Of a stretch of DNA of 64,000 nucleotides, positions 56,446 through 64,000 are shown piece by piece. This DNA comes from Bacillota bacterium. GTDB taxonomy: Bacteria > Bacillota > Dethiobacteria > DTU022. Position numbers and translations under genes: made by a program. The stretch lies in the NCBI GenBank assembly GCA_011389985.1, contig JAABTH010000008.1, positions 43,581 to 107,580 on the forward strand. The letters run 5' to 3'. The notes under the pieces are model-generated. The model made no database searches and had not been told where the DNA came from. It saw nothing but the letters and a program-made list of their open reading frames with translations. Position 1 is the first letter of the stretch, and every line of letters begins with the position of its first letter.

Positions 56446-57927
56446 TCAGATAATTCCTCCTTCAGGAAATTCCACCAGGGGTCGTTCAGTCAAAGAAGCG
56501 CCTGTCTTTTCAAAATAACTGGCGACCTTTAATAAAAGGTTTTCACTGAAGGGAGAAGCAGTTAACTGCATCCCGATGGGTAATCCGTTAGAATGGATCC
56601 CGCTTGGAATTGAAAGCGAAGGTACTCCGGCGAGAGCATCGGTGATATTACAAATATCAGAAAGGTACATTTGCAGGGGATCATCTGTTTTTTCACCAAT
56701 TCCGAAGGCGGTTGTCGGGCTGGTTGCGCCAACCAGAAGATCATATTTTTTAAAGGCAGCTTCATAATCCCGTCTAATCATGGTTCTCACTTTCATCGCT
56801 TTCAGGTAGTAAGCATCGTAGTAGCCTGCACTTAATGCATATGTGCCAATCATTATTCTTCGTTTTACTTCCGCGCCGAAACCGACGCCCCTTGTTTTGC
56901 TGAACATTGATTCAATGTCGTCGCCACCGGCATTATAGCCATAGCGAACTCCATCATAACGACCAAGATTTGAGCTTGCCTCAGATGGAGCAATCAGATA
57001 ATATGCTCCAAGTCCATAATCAGTTAAAGGAAGCGAAAACTCTTCTACCATTGCCCCATCTTTTTCCATTTTACCCACCATTTTATAAACGGCTTCTTTT
57101 ATTTCCGCATCAAAGTGGTCGGAAACATTCTCTCTGATTACACCGACCCTGAGGCTGCCAGGATTTAATTCAAGTTCTTCGGCATAGGCAGGCACATCTT
57201 TTGGAAGTGAAGTTGAATCAAGCGGATCGTGCCCGGATATTACGCTCAATAGCAAGGCACAATCCCGAGCCGTGAGGGCAAAAGGGCCGATTTGATCAAG
57301 TGATGAAGCAAAAGCGATTAAACCGTAACGGGAAACTCTACCGTAAGTCGGCCGCAGGCCAAGTACTCCGCAAAATGAAGCGGGTTGACGAACAGAACCT
57401 CCTGTATCTGAACCAAGCGCCAGGGGAGCCATTCCTGCAGAAATTGCAGCAGCCGAACCCCCGCTAGAACCTCCCGGGACCCGATCTGTGTTCCAGGGAT
57501 TACGGGTTATGAAAAAAGCTGAGTTCTCTGTTGAAGATCCCATTGCAAATTCATCCATATTGGTTTTACCCAAAAGGGGCATTCCGGCATTTTGTAAAGC
57601 GGCAACCACTGAAGCGCTATAAGGAGGGATGTAATTTTCAAGCATCTTTGACCCACAGGTGGTGCGAATATTTTCTGTACACATATTATCCTTAACGGCT
57701 ACAGGTACACCGGCGAGAGGGTGCAGTACTTCACCTTTAACCCTCCTGTTATCAACTTCTCGCGCAGTTTCAAGTGCCAGGGCCGGAGTATGGGTTATGA
57801 AAGCTTTAAGATAGGGTTCTACCTCTTCAATGCGATCTAAAAAATCCCCGACAACTTCAATAGCGCTTACCTCTTTGTTTTTCAAAAGACGACTTAACTC
57901 GTCTGCTGTTTTCTCATACAATTTCAT
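56446..57927 (-). CDS. gatA: Asp/Glu-tRNA amidotransferase subunit A
   Basis: GKTNMDEFAMGSS, PGGSSGGS, GSDTGGSVRQPA, RYDGVRYG, EVKRRI motifs. Confidence 0.97.
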   Translation of the reverse strand: MKLYEKTADELSRLLKNKEVSAIEVVGDFLDRIEEVEPYLKAFITHTPALALETAREVDNRRVKGEVLHPLAGVPVAVKDNMCTENIRTTCGSKMLENYIPPYSASVVAALQNAGMPLLGKTNMDEFAMGSSTENSAFFITRNPWNTDRVPGGSSGGSAAAISAGMAPLALGSDTGGSVRQPASFCGVLGLRPTYGRVSRYGLIAFASSLDQIGPFALTARDCALLLSVISGHDPLDSTSLPKDVPAYAEELELNPGSLRVGVIRENVSDHFDAEIKEAVYKMVGKMEKDGAMVEEFSLPLTDYGLGAYYLIAPSEASSNLGRYDGVRYGYNAGGDDIESMFSKTRGVGFGAEVKRRIMIGTYALSAGYYDAYYLKAMKVRTMIRRDYEAAFKKYDLLVGATSPTTAFGIGEKTDDPLQMYLSDICNITDALAGVPSLSIPSGIHSNGLPIGMQLTASPFSENLLLKVASYFEKTGASLTERPLVEFPEGGII

Positions 57928-57953
57928 GATAATCCTCTTTTCATTAAAGAAGT

Positions 57954-58262
57954 CTACTTTTCAGGATGGTCAGATGAAGTTATACTCGGAACCCGGAAAA
58001 ATTCTTTCTGTCGGTGCGGCGCATTTTGCAGCGCCCTGTTAAGCGGCAGGGAGGGTCTGACCTGATCCGCACGAAGCGTAGCAGGAAGATCAATCACATG
58101 AGATGTAGGCTCAATACCCTCAGTATCAAGTTCCTGTATTTTCTGAGCAGTGTCCAATATACCGCTTAGCTGGCCGGCTATTCTTTCTTTTTCGACCTGG
58201 CCAAGATGCAAACGAGCCAGTTTGGCCACGTAATCAACCTCTGCAGAAAAATCAATAGTCAT
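57954..58262 (-). CDS. gatC: Asp/Glu-tRNA amidotransferase subunit C
   Basis: VAKLARL, LDTEGIEPT, LRAD, NAP..FFRVP motifs; SD AGGAGG. Confidence 0.93.
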   Translation of the reverse strand: MTIDFSAEVDYVAKLARLHLGQVEKERIAGQLSGILDTAQKIQELDTEGIEPTSHVIDLPATLRADQVRPSLPLNRALQNAPHRQKEFFRVPSITSSDHPEK

Positions 58263-58299
58263 TGTAAAACCTCCTGATTTTATCGGTCAGTAAAGCAGT

Positions 58300-58323
58300 A
58301 AACCGGCTTCTCTGAGCCGGTTT
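58300..58323 (-). promoter_or_regulatory. Hairpin in the gatCAB leader (possible attenuator)
   Basis: AAACCGGCT-6 nt-AGCCGGTTT, about 25 nt upstream of the gatC SD. Confidence 0.45.
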
Positions 58324-58432
58324 TGGGTTAGAACGTTCCTATAGGGCAAGAAGAGTATTCTCTTTTCAAACCCGTTTTTAAACATGGTATGACGACTCTT
58401 GATATATTGTTAACTTTACTTTTCACAGAACA

Positions 58433-58461
58433 ATTTTATTCTATCTTCTCAATCGCGTCAA
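58433..58461 (-). promoter_or_regulatory. Sigma-A promoter of gatCAB-purA
   Basis: TTGACG-17 nt-TAAAAT. Confidence 0.6.
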
Positions 58462-58496
58462 GGCCGTCACACAGTTTTTTGATAGGTAACAAAAGC

Positions 58497-58521
58497 AGGA
58501 TTCGAAAGAGAAAAAAAGAAT
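58497..58521 (+). promoter_or_regulatory. Putative sigma-H promoter of the GGR-family gene
   Basis: GCAGGA-17 nt-GAAT. Confidence 0.5.
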
Positions 58522-58576
58522 ATAGCCGGGAACAGAGATTTTGAAACCGGAGAGGCAAAAGAAGGATTATTCAAGA

Positions 58577-59707
58577 ATGAAACAGCCTGAAGCAGCTGAA
58601 TATAATCATTACTTTGATGTGGCCATTATCGGTGGTGGTCCGGCCGGAGCCCTGGCAGCAACTCTTTTGGCTGAAGCAGGGTTTTCCACTGCTGTTATCG
58701 AGCGTAAAAACTATCCACGCCATAAAATCTGCGGTGGTTTTCTTTCAGCCCGGGCAGCAGAATTACTCCCGGGTGACCTGCTTATTCCCTTAGCTAAAAA
58801 CGTACCGGTACATTCTCTAGAATTTGTATGTAAAAAAAAGACATACAGTTATAATTCACGGCAAAAACTTGGTATTCTTTTAGACAGATCAATATTCGAC
58901 TCACAGCTTATCCGTCATGCAGTAGAAAGAGGGGCTGTGTTATTTGAGAATAAATCGATCATAAACATTCAATATAAATTATCAGAAACAGGTAATAAAA
59001 ATGTTTATCACCTGCAGGCGGGAAAAAGCAACCAAATTACTTTATCTGCATCTGCCCGCTACGTGATTGGCGCTGACGGAGCTCTGGGCAAAACCGCATA
59101 CCTGGCCGGAATAAGCCCAAAAAGAAGAAAGTTCAACGGACAGGCATTATCAAGTATTTTGCCTAATATCGAAGAAAACAGCGGAACTGGTACACTTACT
59201 TTTTTTCCATTGCCATTTTCAGCTGGAATGGGTTGGTCTTTCAAAGCAAAAAACTATTACAACCGCGGTGTAGGGGGTTTTGCCGGACGTTCCCGTCTGG
59301 CCAGAGACTACGTCCGCCTTTTTCCTGACAACATGAACAATCAACCTCACTATTGGCCATTACCTTTTCTCGGGCCGCTAAGAAAAATCGCCACTGGCAA
59401 CCTGCTGCTGATCGGAGATGCGGCGGGGCTTATTGAACCGTTTTCAGGGGAAGGCCTTTATAACGCTTTTAAAAGCGCTTACTTTGCCGTTCAGGCAATA
59501 AAAGAAGCTGATAAAAAAAAAGTTGAAGCTGAAGCCACCTATAACCGCCTATTTAAAAAACATTTCAGAGCTAAATTTATTGCTACTCTTTTAGGCGCCG
59601 TCCTGCTTAATTTGCGCGCAGCAGTTGCTCCTTCCACAATGCCTTTATACATTGCCAGACTGATGGAAAACAAACTCTGGTTTAATGACGCTATTCAGAA
59701 AAAGTAA
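58577..59707 (+). CDS. Geranylgeranyl-reductase-family FAD-dependent oxidoreductase
   Basis: IIGGGPAG, PRHKICGG, RSIFDSQL, IGADG, IGDAAGLIEPFSGEGLYNA motifs. Confidence 0.85.
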   Translation: MKQPEAAEYNHYFDVAIIGGGPAGALAATLLAEAGFSTAVIERKNYPRHKICGGFLSARAAELLPGDLLIPLAKNVPVHSLEFVCKKKTYSYNSRQKLGILLDRSIFDSQLIRHAVERGAVLFENKSIINIQYKLSETGNKNVYHLQAGKSNQITLSASARYVIGADGALGKTAYLAGISPKRRKFNGQALSSILPNIEENSGTGTLTFFPLPFSAGMGWSFKAKNYYNRGVGGFAGRSRLARDYVRLFPDNMNNQPHYWPLPFLGPLRKIATGNLLLIGDAAGLIEPFSGEGLYNAFKSAYFAVQAIKEADKKKVEAEATYNRLFKKHFRAKFIATLLGAVLLNLRAAVAPSTMPLYIARLMENKLWFNDAIQKK

Positions 59708-60887
59708 GATCTTCGATAAAATCATGAATTGAATCAAGGCGATCATTTTGGAAATAGAAACGTGAAACTCTTTTGTCAATAGAACAAAGTAGTTCATAAT
59801 TTACCGTGCCGATTAATCCGGCTATTTCTTCAATAGTAATAATTTCTTTACCCTGTTTTCCATACAATACCACTTCATCATTGAGGTGCACACCTGGAAT
59901 ATTTGTGACATCTGCCATGAGGTGATCCATGCAAACTCTGCCAACAACCTGAGCCCTGTGCCCGCGAATTAAAACCTGACTTTTATTTGACAGCAGCCTG
60001 CTGTAGCCGTCTGCATAACCGACGGGAATTGTTGCGATCAAAGCTTCCTCTGATGTACGGTAAGTACATCCATAGCTGATGGCGCTTCCGGGCGGCATTT
60101 TTTTTACCAGCACTACCCTGCTTTTAAAAGTAAGAGCAGGTTTTAATTTTACCGAACCACTTTCCATTGCAGGCGAAGGATAATAACCATACATGGAGAG
60201 CCCCAGGCGAAGCAGGTTATAGTGTGAATCCTGACATTTTAATGAACCGGCGCTGTTCGCAGCATGAATATATTTAAATTTAACTCCTCTATCTTTCAAG
60301 TGATCAATAATCCGGCTAAATAGATGCAGCTGCTCCATTGTATAAGTATTATCTTCTTCTGCAGCGGCTAAATGAGTAAATAAACCTTCTGCTTTAAGTC
60401 CAGGCATTCGAACAACCCTTGAAATTACTTCCACTGCCTCATCAGGTAAAAGGCCTATCCTCCCCATTCCGGTATCAACTTTTAAATGCATAGGAAGAGT
60501 TATCCCTTTTCGAACAGCCAGCGCAGATAGCTGAAGAGCTGTATCATAACCAAATACTGTTGGAATTAGATTGTATTCTACCAAAGCTGGAAACTGAGCC
60601 GGATCAGTATAACCAAGCAATAATACAGGCGCATTTATCCCTGCTCTGCGTATATCTATACCTTCTTCTACAAAAGCCACAGCCAGACTCAACGCGCCAG
60701 CTTCAAGCGCGGCAGCGGCAACAGCCGCTGCCCCATGCCCATAACCGTCAGCTTTAACGACAGCCATGATTTCGACTTCGGAGCCTGCTAAAGTTTTAAC
60801 CTGTTCAACATTATGAGCAATAGCGTCCAGGTTTATTTCAACCCAGGCCGGCCTGGCAGAATATAGGGAATTCATGGTGAGTTGCAT
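59691..60887 (-). CDS. alr: Alanine racemase
   Basis: AVVKADGYGHG, KVDTGMGRIG, HAANS, ISYG, GYADGY, GRVCMD motifs. Start may be ATG 60875. Confidence 0.97.
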   Translation of the reverse strand: MQLTMNSLYSARPAWVEINLDAIAHNVEQVKTLAGSEVEIMAVVKADGYGHGAAAVAAAALEAGALSLAVAFVEEGIDIRRAGINAPVLLLGYTDPAQFPALVEYNLIPTVFGYDTALQLSALAVRKGITLPMHLKVDTGMGRIGLLPDEAVEVISRVVRMPGLKAEGLFTHLAAAEEDNTYTMEQLHLFSRIIDHLKDRGVKFKYIHAANSAGSLKCQDSHYNLLRLGLSMYGYYPSPAMESGSVKLKPALTFKSRVVLVKKMPPGSAISYGCTYRTSEEALIATIPVGYADGYSRLLSNKSQVLIRGHRAQVVGRVCMDHLMADVTNIPGVHLNDEVVLYGKQGKEIITIEEIAGLIGTVNYELLCSIDKRVSRFYFQNDRLDSIHDFIEDLTFSE

Positions 60888-60892
60888 CTCCT

Positions 60893-62182
60893 TTAACCCA
60901 GCAGCCGAAACTTACTCGGATTTGGCCTGATGGCCGGCAGACTGATTACCTTTTCTAACGCTCTGTTGAAAGCTTCTTCTACTACCATGTGAGTTACCAG
61001 AACAATTTCTGCCGTGTTGTTAACCCGACGTTTCTGGATGACCATATCAAGACTGACCTGTTCATCACCAAAGACATTAGCAAGCGCTGCAAAAACACCG
61101 GGGCGATCATCGGCAAGAAATCTTAAATAGAAACAGCTTTTTAGTTTATCGATAGGAATAAGTGAAGCTTGCTTCTTGGCGCCTTCAATGACACCATTAA
61201 CAGCCTGACGGCGTATGCAACGAAGCGCTTCAGCCATATCGGCCAAAACAGCGCTTGCTGTTGGCAGCGAACCGGCGCCGCGACCATAAAACATAACTTC
61301 GCCTACTGCATCGCCTTCAACAAAAATTGCATTAAACTCATTTGACACTGAAGCCAGGGGATGTTCATGGGAAACAAGAGTAGGATGAACCCTTAAAGCC
61401 AGCCCATCGGGCAGCTGTTCACCTATCGCTACCAGTTTAATGACATATCCAATTTCACGGGCATAATCAATATCTTCGCGGGTTACTTTGCCGATACCTT
61501 CGATATAAACCTGCCCGGGATCTATGTAGAAGCCGAATGCAAGACCTGACATTATAATTAATTTATAAGCGGCATCGCGACCTTCAATATCACTCGATGG
61601 ATCAGCTTCGGCAAAACCAAGCTTTTGGGCCTGACAAAGAGCATCTTCAAAATTTAAATTATCCTGGGCCATTCTTGTTAATATATAGTTGGTGGTTCCG
61701 TTAACAATGCCTACGATTCGTTTAACCTGATCAGCTACCAGGCTGTGCCGCAAGGGGCGAATGATTGGAATGCCTCCGCCAACGCTGCCTTCATAAAAGA
61801 TGTTGCGTTTATTTTCACGGGCTGTACTTAGAAGCTCTTCACCATGCGCAGCCATTAAATCTTTGTTCGCGGTTATAACATATTTGCCACTTTGCAAGGC
61901 CCTGCGGATATAGTCACGGGCTGGCTCTATACCGCCAATCAGCTCGATAATAATGGAAATTGAAGGATCCTCAATAATATCATCCGGGTTGGTTGTAAAT
62001 ATTTCCTGCGCCAACTCAATATTACGCGGTCTTGAAGGATCACGGACAAGGATTTTTGTAAGTGCAAATGCAGTTTCTGTTTTTTCTTTGATCTGATCGC
62101 TGTTACGTTTTAAAAGCTCAACTACTCCACTTCCGACAGTTCCCATACCCAACATGCCTACTTTAATTAAATCTTTCCCCAT
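60893..62182 (-). CDS. hom: Homoserine dehydrogenase with C-terminal ACT domain
   Basis: GMGTVG, TANK, EGSVGGGIP, NGTTNYIL, AEADP..DIEG.DAAYK, GRGAG motifs. Confidence 0.96.
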   Translation of the reverse strand: MGKDLIKVGMLGMGTVGSGVVELLKRNSDQIKEKTETAFALTKILVRDPSRPRNIELAQEIFTTNPDDIIEDPSISIIIELIGGIEPARDYIRRALQSGKYVITANKDLMAAHGEELLSTARENKRNIFYEGSVGGGIPIIRPLRHSLVADQVKRIVGIVNGTTNYILTRMAQDNLNFEDALCQAQKLGFAEADPSSDIEGRDAAYKLIIMSGLAFGFYIDPGQVYIEGIGKVTREDIDYAREIGYVIKLVAIGEQLPDGLALRVHPTLVSHEHPLASVSNEFNAIFVEGDAVGEVMFYGRGAGSLPTASAVLADMAEALRCIRRQAVNGVIEGAKKQASLIPIDKLKSCFYLRFLADDRPGVFAALANVFGDEQVSLDMVIQKRRVNNTAEIVLVTHMVVEEAFNRALEKVISLPAIRPNPSKFRLLG

Positions 62183-62206
62183 TGCTATTACGGGCCCCCT
62201 TATATA

Positions 62207-63445
62207 TTACTCATAAATCTTCTCATCTACCTGATCTGCTTCAGCGGCGTCAAGCTCGATATCACGGGTTTTTATACCTTCACCAGCCATTTCCTTAAAA
62301 TATTCATGCTGAATAATCAGATCCATGATTTCATTTGTTCCAGTCCAGATCATGATCAACCTAACGTCCCGAAGCATCTTTTCAATTGGATACACATTAG
62401 TATAACCGATTCCACCCATAATTTGCATGGCATTATTGACAATTTTCCAGGCATTTTCTGTAGCTACTTTCTTTGCTTCTGAAACAAGTCGCCTGGATCT
62501 TCCGGCAGTATCACCGGCATCAACTGAACTGGCAGCCAGATATACTATACCCCTGGCAGTATCTAGCAGGGTGACATTATCGGCCACTTTGAAGTTAACC
62601 GCCTGGAAATTTTTAATTTCTGTTCCGAAAGCCTTTCGCCTGGTGCTATATCGCGCTGCTACTTCATGTGCGGCACGTCCCATTCCTATTGCCCCACCGG
62701 CACTGGTCATTCGCTCGGGAATCATCATCTGGTAGAATATCGCTCCACCATTATTTTCTTCACCCAGCAGATTTTCTGCCGGCACCTTAACATCTTTAAA
62801 TACAATCCTGCCTGTGCCGCCACCACGGGTGCCCATTAAACCATAAAGATATTCTACTTTTACCTCATCACTGCGGTCAACCAGAAAAGCGCTTATAGAT
62901 TTATGCGGAGGGCCGTCGATTGATGTACGAGCGTAAACCATAAAATAATCTGCACCTTCGGATCCGACAACAAAACGTTTTTGGCCGTTTAAAATATAAT
63001 AATCCCCGTCTTTTTCAGCCGTACATGTAGCTCCAAAAAAATCAGAGCCTCCCCGCGGTTCTGTCAGGGCTTCAGCAGCAGTAAGTTTACCTTCAATGGT
63101 TGGACGCAGGTATTTTTCTTTAAGATGCTCCGATCCGAACTTATTGATCGCTTCACCAACAATACTTACCAAAGAATAGAGACATCCCAGAGACGTTCCA
63201 AGAATACCAACTTCTTCAAGCGCTATTATCTCAGAAACCCAGGGCATACCCCTGCCGCCATATTTTTCAGGAAAGCGCAATCCCAATAAATTACGCGCAG
63301 CAGCTTTCTGTAAAAATTCCCTGGGGTAACGTACTTTTTCTTCATCCATATCCCTGAGAAGTTTTTTATCAATGTCATCCCTGACAAATGTGCGTACTTC
63401 GTCGCGCAATCTTTTATCTTCTGCCGACATCAAACATTCAAGCAT
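62207..63445 (-). CDS. Acyl-CoA dehydrogenase
   Basis: [44 protein letters not shown] motifs. Confidence 0.92.
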   Translation of the reverse strand: MLECLMSAEDKRLRDEVRTFVRDDIDKKLLRDMDEEKVRYPREFLQKAAARNLLGLRFPEKYGGRGMPWVSEIIALEEVGILGTSLGCLYSLVSIVGEAINKFGSEHLKEKYLRPTIEGKLTAAEALTEPRGGSDFFGATCTAEKDGDYYILNGQKRFVVGSEGADYFMVYARTSIDGPPHKSISAFLVDRSDEVKVEYLYGLMGTRGGGTGRIVFKDVKVPAENLLGEENNGGAIFYQMMIPERMTSAGGAIGMGRAAHEVAARYSTRRKAFGTEIKNFQAVNFKVADNVTLLDTARGIVYLAASSVDAGDTAGRSRRLVSEAKKVATENAWKIVNNAMQIMGGIGYTNVYPIEKMLRDVRLIMIWTGTNEIMDLIIQHEYFKEMAGEGIKTRDIELDAAEADQVDEKIYE

Positions 63446-64000
63446 TTGTTTTCCCCTCCTGTTCTTGTATAATCGGTTTTACCCTGGTTAAATAGGGGTT
63501 ATCTGCAAATCTCCCATCATTCTGTTTCAGGCATTTAAAGGCATTCCGGTAACGGGCCAGCACATCAAGAGCGCTGTGTCCCCTTCCGGACGGTAACAAA
63601 TCGCCAGCTAAACCGTGCACATATGCCCCTGCCCTGGCAGCATTGTCGGAAGGCATCCCCTGGGCAATAAACGAAGTGATCAAACCTGTTAGGAGATCTC
63701 CTGAACCTGCAGTAGCAAGCGAAACATTACCTGTTGGATTTATTGCAGCCCGACCTTCCGGGTTGGTAATAATGGTATTAAACCCTTTTAGTATAATATT
63801 ACAATTCCAAAAGCTGGCGTTTTTAAGGGCTATTTCAAGTCTTCTGCTCTGTACCTGTTTCGCTGAAATACCGACAAGCCGGGCCATTTCACCGGGATGA
63901 GGAGTAAGTACGGGCATATGTCTTGCTGCTCTGAGAGTTTTCATATCGCTGCCAAGCGCTTTCAGCGCTCCGGCATCCAGCACCATTGGCAGCGGGCTTA
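63438..64000 (-). CDS. nnrD: ADP-dependent NAD(P)H-hydrate dehydratase, C-terminal part (gene starts beyond the window)
   Basis: [40 protein letters not shown] motifs. Confidence 0.9.
   Translation of the reverse strand, partial: SPLPMVLDAGALKALGSDMKTLRAARHMPVLTPHPGEMARLVGISAKQVQSRRLEIALKNASFWNCNIILKGFNTIITNPEGRAAINPTGNVSLATAGSGDLLTGLITSFIAQGMPSDNAARAGAYVHGLAGDLLPSGRGHSALDVLARYRNAFKCLKQNDGRFADNPYLTRVKPIIQEQEGKTNA

Noticed and set aside
142-63900. Many short ORFs in the track that lie antisense to or inside large genes (e.g. 14570-15070, 16992-17480, 27840-28277, 39772-40185, 54955-55377)
   Set aside because: They are shadow frames of well-supported genes, rich in Ser/Pro/Ile, with no SD or recognisable motifs.
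1-64000. CRISPR arrays, rRNA, transposases, tRNA-Sec
   Set aside because: No regularly spaced repeats or characteristic sequences found by eye.

Overview
A chromosomal core/metabolic region of an anaerobic Bacillota-type bacterium. The GGAGG Shine-Dalgarno sites, sigma-A and sigma-H-like promoters and a T-box support this; any finer taxonomy is inference. Contents from left to right: (1) a carboxylate uptake/activation module (DUF4212-like subunit, sodium:solute symporter, PaaK-like ligase) divergent from a long-chain acyl-CoA ligase; (2) an Arg T-box-controlled argCJBDGH operon in which argH appears to start at CTG; (3) a methylmalonyl-CoA pathway cluster (sucCD, two-subunit mutase, epimerase, carboxyltransferase) led by a PAS-AAA+ regulator that has lost its sigma54 and ATPase motifs; (4) tRNA-Leu(TAG) followed by a small AT-rich islet with a GH130 gene; (5) EamA, DUF151, DegV, dodecin and Rrf2 genes; (6) rseC-asd-pydC-hydA-aroF-tyrA; (7) a 5' fragment of a group IIC intron directly behind a terminator; (8) a soluble CCG-protein/EtfBA/HdrA/MvhD(FlxD)/FlxCBA operon, the strongest candidate for an under-described electron-confurcating system; (9) selA-selB-selD, with SelD itself a selenoprotein (in-frame UGA); (10) a membrane protein/GH36/YhaO/YhaN/MBL-hydrolase operon; (11) gatCAB-purA with a structured leader; (12) a geranylgeranyl-reductase-like gene, alr, hom, an acyl-CoA dehydrogenase and partial nnrD. 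No CRISPR array, integrase or transposase was seen. All calls come from motif reading without database searches.
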